From Stegostoma tigrinum (taxonomy: Eukaryota): 64,000 nucleotides of DNA. The stretch spans positions 39,323,947-39,387,946 of the forward strand of contig NC_081379.1 in the NCBI RefSeq assembly GCF_030684315.1. The letters run 5' to 3'. Of this stretch, positions 63,140-64,000 are shown in pieces. Each line of letters begins with the position of its first letter. Position 1 is the stretch's first letter. The notes under the pieces are model-generated. The model was not told the origin of the DNA and did not search any database. It was given only the letters and a program-made list of their open reading frames with translations. The position numbers and the translations under genes are program-made.

Positions 63140-63560
63140 TGAGGAATGTCCTGCCTCTCAATCGCAATGAATGCTCATCTTCCAACCCTTTAGGTGCCCA
63201 CCACCACACCCATCTTCCTCTCCCATCCCTCTTCCTTCTGAGACACCCTGGTCCACTTCTCAATCATGTCCAACAACACCTACCCTTCCCTTCCCTCAGT
63301 ACTTTTTCACTATCAGCAGCACTTTTTTTAATTTCCTTTCATCCCACCATCCAAGGCACCAAAACTTTCAGGTGAAACAGTAACTCAGTCATACCCCTTT
63401 CAGTTTAGTCCTGGCTGTTCACGATGTAGTCCCATTATATTTTGGAGCCCTGACATGAATTGTCATTGATGAACACCTCCATTGAGTCCCCAAGCATAAT
63501 CCTGAGTTTTCAGCCACTTCTGCTTCGAATTTTCTGCCACTCTCCAACTCTGCTTTATTT
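63140..63560 (+). mobile_element. Decayed Penelope-like fragment
   Basis: ttcaggtgaaacag and tatattttggag...gaacacctc correspond to the 38780-38960 GIY-YIG region. Confidence 0.5.
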
Positions 63561-64000
63561 GCAATAACAAGAGACTCCAAGTCTCTATAATATGGGTTTA
63601 GAATAAATATTGTTGATATATTCAGATCTCATGATGTTGACTCTGTCTGGAGGTGCCATTGATTTCTACAGTCATGTTACAGTTTATTTGGTCGAGTTTT
63701 CCTCTCATGGGCTACAGCTGCTGTTCCAGAATTTGGTCTTGCTGAGACTCTGCAGCCAAGTTTTGTTCCAGATGAGATTGATTTCATTCCTCAAACTCTT
63801 TCAAGTGGTTGAAATCTTTGAATTTACTATTTTGTTCCTCTTTAAAGGGTCTGGATTTATTGTTCTGGATTTTTCAAATTCTATCAAAATGTGTGCTTTC
63901 TGTTTGACCAGGATATTTTTTCCTTCTTAACCCACTCTCATGACTTTCAGGCCTCTCCAAATATTTATTTCTTGTTGTTTTCTTTAAAGTCCAGACACCT

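Noticed and set aside
63610-64000. Coiled-coil-like minus-strand frame and hydrophobic plus-strand ORF at the window end
   Set aside because: Minus frame has several stops and the plus ORF is its antisense. Likely a decayed TE ORF, unassignable.

Overview
Vertebrate nuclear DNA, very probably a cartilaginous fish (shark), judged from the HE1-like SINEs, CR1/HER1-type LINE tails and Penelope-like repeats. The window is the conserved SRSF9-GATC-TRIAP1-COX6A1 block. It holds the last coding exon of SRSF9 (+), complete GATC (5 coding exons, 173 aa, -), complete TRIAP1 (2 exons, 79 aa, -), an intact tRNA-Lys(UUU) gene (-) and complete COX6A1 (3 exons, 108 aa, -). Exons were hand-translated and splice phases are consistent. 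The rest is mostly decayed LINE/SINE/Penelope/Gypsy sequence, three minisatellites and a 514-N gap; repeat boundaries are approximate. Most unusual signals: (1) an orphan, inverted SRSF9-type exon 2 with intact splice sites, lying between Tigger-type TIRs next to a DDE-deleted but open Tigger ORF (possible exon-carrying composite transposon); (2) a 7-copy conserved-motif/variable-spacer array between tRNA-Lys and TRIAP1; (3) GATC exon 1 and its promoter enclosed by ~180-bp inverted repeats, one arm grading into a 1.6-kb minisatellite; (4) TRIAP1 oriented opposite to the human arrangement; (5) short, often palindromic Penelope-tail inserts with 11-14 bp TSDs and hammerhead-like cores; (6) a back-to-back polyA-signal palindrome between convergent SRSF9 and GATC.
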